64,000 nt of DNA, taken from assembly GCA_963843145.1 (NCBI GenBank), contig CAWJJC010000028.1, forward strand, positions 320,001 to 384,000. Reading direction: 5' to 3'. Shown here piece after piece: positions 59,936 through 64,000 of the stretch. This DNA comes from an uncultured delta proteobacterium. GTDB lineage: Bacteria; Desulfobacterota; RBG-13-43-22. A program made the position numbers and the translations under genes. Position 1 is the stretch's first letter. Every line of letters begins with the position of its first letter. The notes beneath the pieces were generated by a model. The model saw only the letters and a program-made list of their open reading frames with translations. It did no database searches and was not told the DNA's origin.

Positions 59936-60475
59936 ATGGTCATAGCCAGAATGGTTCGATTTTTGAAGATATTCCTCCGTTCCCGGATGTTGACGGGAGC
60001 GCTGATGCTGATCCTGGTTTACGGCCTGGGTGCCGGCCTTTCCCCGGCCGGGCCACCCGATAGGGAGTGGAAAAGCGGGTCGGATAAGTTGAACCTGACT
60101 GACGATCAGGCGCAAACCCTTCTGGAACTTCGGAACAGGTTTCGTCAGGAAATGATTCAGGTCCGGAAAAAAATGGCGAGTAAGCGGTTGGAACTGCGGA
60201 CCTTGAGTGAAGAAGAATTTCAAGGCCCTCGAGGGGAAGAAATTCGAAAAGAACTCCAGGCCCTTTTCCTGAACGGCCGGGAAAGGGCTTTGGTGTATCA
60301 AGCGGAGGCCCTGAAGATTCTGCGGGCGGACCAGAAAGAGAAACTCCCTCCCGGAAGCGACCTGGGTTTTCGCTGCCATTGGGGTTTTTTTATGGGGGGA
60401 GGCTTCGGCAGGGATTTCCATAGAAACCGAAACCACCCTGGTCTTCCGTCGGAGAACCCCCCGAGTCGACCCTAA
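59936..60475 (+). CDS. Spy/CpxP/ZraP-like periplasmic protein (start uncertain)
   Basis: Signal-like segment, LNLTDDQ and ILRADQ (LTxxQ-type) motifs; upstream of a sensor kinase. Confidence 0.7.
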   Translation: MVIARMVRFLKIFLRSRMLTGALMLILVYGLGAGLSPAGPPDREWKSGSDKLNLTDDQAQTLLELRNRFRQEMIQVRKKMASKRLELRTLSEEEFQGPRGEEIRKELQALFLNGRERALVYQAEALKILRADQKEKLPPGSDLGFRCHWGFFMGGGFGRDFHRNRNHPGLPSENPPSRP

Positions 60476-60538
60476 CCCCAAAATCAGATATTTTAGGGTA
60501 GGAAGCCTTCCCGTTAATCCTTGAGCAGGCTCCGGACC

Positions 60539-62293
60539 ATGAATCAACGAGCTTTTCATTATGCCTACTATTTGCTTCCGGTCCTGGCGGTTCTAATCCT
60601 GTTGCTGTTGATCAACGGATATTTTGAAATTCAGCGGACCCGAGCCCAGTTGTTCGACCTCCTGGAGACGGAAGGACAACTGCTCATCCGGGGGATTGAC
60701 ACCAATGCCACCAATCTGATCAAACGTTTTCTGGACGTCGGCCGCCAGTCGCCGGTCACGAACCTCCGGGAGACACTGGAAACGGACCCGTTGCTCGGGC
60801 TGGAGGATATCCTCATCGAGCGACTGGTCGACCTGGGCCTGCGGTTGGATCAGGAAGCGGCGAAGAAATCCGGAGATTCCGGGTATCGGAGCGGGTTGAT
60901 AGCCAAGACCGGATTGGCGCATATCGAATTTATCGCCCCGCCTCGGGAAGACCGGTCCCAGATGCCGCGTTACCGGGAGTTCTTGAAAAATCCATCTTTT
61001 CAGAAGCTGTTAAATGGTCAATCCCGGCTTTTTCTTTCCCGAAAAGAGCCGGGAAAGGAGAGTCCTTTTCCCCTGACGCTGGCCCTGGCCCGGCGTTTTG
61101 ACCGAGGCTTTATTTTGATACGTATCTCCCCGGAAGAATACCGTTTCCTGGGGGAGCAGATCATTATCCAGGGATTGATCAATGAATTTTTCGGGAAAGG
61201 AAATCTGGCCTACCTGGAAATCCTGGATTCCCGAAAACGGGTTTTGGGAGAAGCAGGGAACGGGTCAGCGGCCAACCCGCCAACGGTTGAATGGAAAAAA
61301 CCCTGGCCGGGGAAAGAAGCCCCTTTGGCTTGGATAAAAAGATCCGATGGTGAATTTTTAGAACTGTCCCGGGCCTTCGCCCCGGACGGACGGTCTCCAG
61401 GCTCTATCCGGCTGGGCCTGTCCCTTAAGGGAATCACTCCCATACTCTATCAATCCCAGAAGCGTATTCTCCTCATGACCGCCGTGCTTTTAGCCTTGGG
61501 CATAGTCAGCTTTATTATCATTTTTCAAATCCAAAACCGCCATTTCAGCAAAATAAAGGAACTGGAGGAGCAGATGCGGCTTCAGGAAGAACTGTCCGCC
61601 ATGGGCCAACTAGCGGCCGGTGTGGCCCATGAGATCAAGAACCCCCTGAACGCCATCGGCCTGGTTGTGCAACGTCTTCAAAAAGAGTTCCGCTGGGTGG
61701 ACCCTCAAGGGCAGCAGGAATACGAGCGGTTTACCGGAATCGTCCGGGACGAGATCAGCCGGGTCAATAAAATCATTGAACAGTTTCTATTTGTGGCCCG
61801 GCCGTTCCAGTCGGAATTCAAAGACCAGGCCGTGGAGGAAATTCTGGATTACGTCTTGAACCTGCTGGAGGAGGCCATAACAGGCAGCGGGATAGCACTG
61901 GAGAAAAACTGGGAAAAGGATCTGCCGCCCGTGCGGGGAGATCGCTCCCAGTTGACCCAGGCCTTTCTGAACCTGCTCAATAACGCGCTGGAAGCGATGC
62001 CCGGGGGCGGTCGTTTGAAGCTGGTCCTAAAATCAATCCCGGGATTGAATGCCATTGAATTGCGGATTGAGGACAGCGGGCCCGGGATTCCTCCGGAAAA
62101 TCTGAAAAAGGTTTTTGCCCACTATTTTACCACCAAGGAAAAGGGGATCGGCTTGGGTCTGGCCATTACCCAAAAGATCATCCGGGGCCATAAAGGCAGC
62201 CTGGTAGTACGCAGCCTCCCAGGACAGGGGACGACGGTCAGGATTCGTCTCCCGGTAACGGAGAAGAAAATAAACGGCCCATTTTTCTGTTGA
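60539..62293 (+). CDS. Membrane sensor histidine kinase (ZraS/NtrB-like)
   Basis: Two TM segments; AAGVAHEIKNPL, NALEAM, DSGPGI, FTTK, GLGL. Confidence 0.95.
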   Translation: MNQRAFHYAYYLLPVLAVLILLLLINGYFEIQRTRAQLFDLLETEGQLLIRGIDTNATNLIKRFLDVGRQSPVTNLRETLETDPLLGLEDILIERLVDLGLRLDQEAAKKSGDSGYRSGLIAKTGLAHIEFIAPPREDRSQMPRYREFLKNPSFQKLLNGQSRLFLSRKEPGKESPFPLTLALARRFDRGFILIRISPEEYRFLGEQIIIQGLINEFFGKGNLAYLEILDSRKRVLGEAGNGSAANPPTVEWKKPWPGKEAPLAWIKRSDGEFLELSRAFAPDGRSPGSIRLGLSLKGITPILYQSQKRILLMTAVLLALGIVSFIIIFQIQNRHFSKIKELEEQMRLQEELSAMGQLAAGVAHEIKNPLNAIGLVVQRLQKEFRWVDPQGQQEYERFTGIVRDEISRVNKIIEQFLFVARPFQSEFKDQAVEEILDYVLNLLEEAITGSGIALEKNWEKDLPPVRGDRSQLTQAFLNLLNNALEAMPGGGRLKLVLKSIPGLNAIELRIEDSGPGIPPENLKKVFAHYFTTKEKGIGLGLAITQKIIRGHKGSLVVRSLPGQGTTVRIRLPVTEKKINGPFFC

Positions 62294-62352
62294 CAAATTG
62301 TTGAGATATGCTGTTTATTTAATAGTATTCATAATTCGCTAAGACTTTTGAT

Positions 62353-62465
62353 AAACTTCCCCACCTAATCTGAACTGACCAAGGATCTGGAAATGAAGTG
62401 GGAGTATCATCAGGCTGCGGTAGGAAGCCTCCGGGGGGGTCAAACCCATTGGAAGGCTTTTTTTG
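62353..62465 (+). promoter_or_regulatory. Conserved leader element copy D with terminator; TTGACA upstream at 62290
   Basis: AAACTTC...GGAA ATGAAGTGGGA-N20-GAAGCCTCC...GGAAGGCTTTTTTTG. Confidence 0.7.
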
Positions 62466-62507
62466 TTTAGGCTATTCAAAAATTTTCCAAGTTAGGGAGG
62501 CGCCAGG

Positions 62508-63080
62508 ATGCAGCTAAAAAAGTTGGCCATTAACCTGTTGGGCGTGGTTTTCTTCATTTTGATCAGCGTGCACTGTTCATTGATCTACTCGGCCGAGACC
62601 CTTCCTCCGGGAAGTAAGATGCCGGATTTTGAATTAAAAGGTCCGGCCTCACCCCAATCCAAGGCCTATCTGGAGGTTAGTGATGAAAAGCGCTTTTCTT
62701 TATCTCAGATTAAGACGAAAGTCGTTTTAATCGACTTTCTCGACGTATACTGACCCGTGTGTCAAAAAAACGCGCCTGTGGTCAACAGGGTCTATAATTT
62801 ATTTAAGGAAGACAAAAAGTTAAGTAAAGATTTCAAAATGATCGGCATTGCCATCGGAAATCAGCCCGATGAATTGTCCTCTTATAAAAAGGCTTTTAAA
62901 GTAGACTTTCCCTTGTATGTCGACCCCAAGAAAGAAATCGCCAAAAAGGCAAAAGTGCCAGCCGTTCCCCACACCATTTTGGTGGACAAGAACGGTAAAG
63001 TCCTCATGAATCACTCTGGCCCCATAGAGAACTTTGATGCTTATGTAATGGAGATCAAGAAAAAGTTACAGGCGCAATAG
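62508..63080 (+). CDS. Exported thioredoxin-fold (TlpA/AhpC-TSA-like) selenoprotein with UPVC motif; UGA at 62751-62753 read as Sec
   Basis: The two track ORFs are in the same frame; ..IDFLDVY-TGA-PVC.. places U at the first position of CxxC; VPHT cis-Pro motif; SECIS-like hairpin downstream. Confidence 0.9.
62775..62789 (+). promoter_or_regulatory. Candidate bacterial SECIS apical hairpin
   Basis: CCTGT-GGTCA-ACAGG, with a G-starting loop about 27 nt after the UGA. Confidence 0.65.
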
Positions 63081-63210
63081 CCGGACCCGGGGGAGGGAAT
63101 ACGATAATAACCGCCAGGCCTATGGCAGATTTCCAGGCCTCGCGAGGGCGCCTCAGTGCCCGGGGGCTGGTTAAGAATTCCAATTCGTTTGGGTTGATTG
63201 CGAGAGTAGA

Positions 63211-64000
63211 ATGCCCGTAAACGACGACGCGGCGGATGTCCTGGCCAGAAGCCCGGTTTTTCAAGGGCTGCCGAAGGAGGCGTTGGAGGCCATCGCCGGA
63301 GCGGTTGCCTTTCTGGTGGTGTCCCACAACTCAATCGTTCTCAGGCAGGGCGATCCCGGTGATTACCTCTACATCATCCGCTCCGGGTCCGTAAGGGTCT
63401 TCAGGAAAAACCAGGAGGGATTGAATTTAGATATTTCCATCAAGGGGCCGGGTGAGACCTTTGGGGAAATGGCGCTCCTGACCGGGGAACCCAGGTCAGC
63501 CGACGTGGAGACGTTGGAAGAGACCCACCTGATGGTTCTCTCCAAAGATCAACTGGATCAAATCATGAGCGAATTTCCCGACGTCTCCAAAATGTTCGTC
63601 AGGCAGATGCGGAGTTGGCTGATCAGCGATGAAAAGCGTCTTGAGATCCAGGCCCAAGAAGTACGCCAGTCTTTGCGGATTACCGGGTTTGATTTTCTTC
63701 TGGTTATGGTCGTCAGCCTTATCCTGGCAACGATTTTCAACTATTCCAATCCAAACGGAATCCCTCTTTTCCCCGACTATCCCGACAGAAACGCTTTCCC
63801 GACAATAAGTCCTGCGGTGGCCTGGGAAGAATTCCGCAGCCGTCAAACGCTTATTTTAGATGCCCGACCCGCCAATTTTTTTCAAGAGCGCCACATTAAA
63901 GGGGCGGTCAATTTTCCCTTGGCACTTTTCGATATCCTTTACCTGATGACCTTCGCCAAAGAAGACAAGGAAAGGAAAATTGTAGTCTATGGAGGAACGG
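63211..64000 (+). CDS. cNMP-binding domain, TM segment and rhodanese-like domain protein (runs off the window)
   Basis: Frame open from ATG 63211: QGDPGDYLYIIRSG..FGEMALLTGEPRSADV; TM segment; LDARP..F...HIKGAVN; IVVYGGT. Confidence 0.88.
   Translation, partial: MPVNDDAADVLARSPVFQGLPKEALEAIAGAVAFLVVSHNSIVLRQGDPGDYLYIIRSGSVRVFRKNQEGLNLDISIKGPGETFGEMALLTGEPRSADVETLEETHLMVLSKDQLDQIMSEFPDVSKMFVRQMRSWLISDEKRLEIQAQEVRQSLRITGFDFLLVMVVSLILATIFNYSNPNGIPLFPDYPDRNAFPTISPAVAWEEFRSRQTLILDARPANFFQERHIKGAVNFPLALFDILYLMTFAKEDKERKIVVYGGT

Noticed and set aside
62757-63080. Separate 107-aa gene or pseudogene interpretation
   Set aside because: Better explained as the C-terminal part of a UGA-recoded selenoprotein.

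Overview
This is bacterial chromosomal DNA, most consistent by gene content with an anaerobic Desulfobacterota/deltaproteobacterial genome (inference). It has four parts. (1) 1-18.9 kb is a housekeeping block: valS 3' end, proC, purC, a ParB-like/SplB-like pair, PpiC, a K+ channel with a cNMP protein, a DEAD helicase and typA. (2) About 19-34.3 kb is a mosaic accessory region ending at tRNA-Arg(CCT). It holds a transposase remnant, secreted proteins under a MalT-like STAND/BTAD regulator, an ExeA-like ATPase, a carbonic anhydrase pseudogene and a CoA-disulfide reductase. It also holds a precisely bounded 2109-bp element that encodes only two tyrosine recombinases, with terminal inverted repeats and a 7-bp flanking direct repeat. 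(3) About 39.4-58.2 kb is a divergent catabolic cluster resembling a variant anaerobic arylacetate/arylglyoxylate pathway: acyl-CoA ligase, Mo/W-bisPGD enzyme, 2-oxoacid oxidoreductase, GlcD/GlcF-like dehydrogenase, GntR and two TRAP systems. (4) The end holds glgA, a Spy/ZraP-like and sensor kinase pair, a UGA-recoded thioredoxin-fold selenoprotein and a partial cNMP-rhodanese gene. The most notable unexplained signal is a conserved leader element present four times (hairpin - ATGAAGTGGGA - exactly 20 nt - GAAGYCTC, running into a terminator in three copies), a candidate cis-regulatory RNA or attenuator. Several families of palindromic intergenic repeats are also present, one nested inside another. 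All assignments were made by eye from motifs; no database searches were run.
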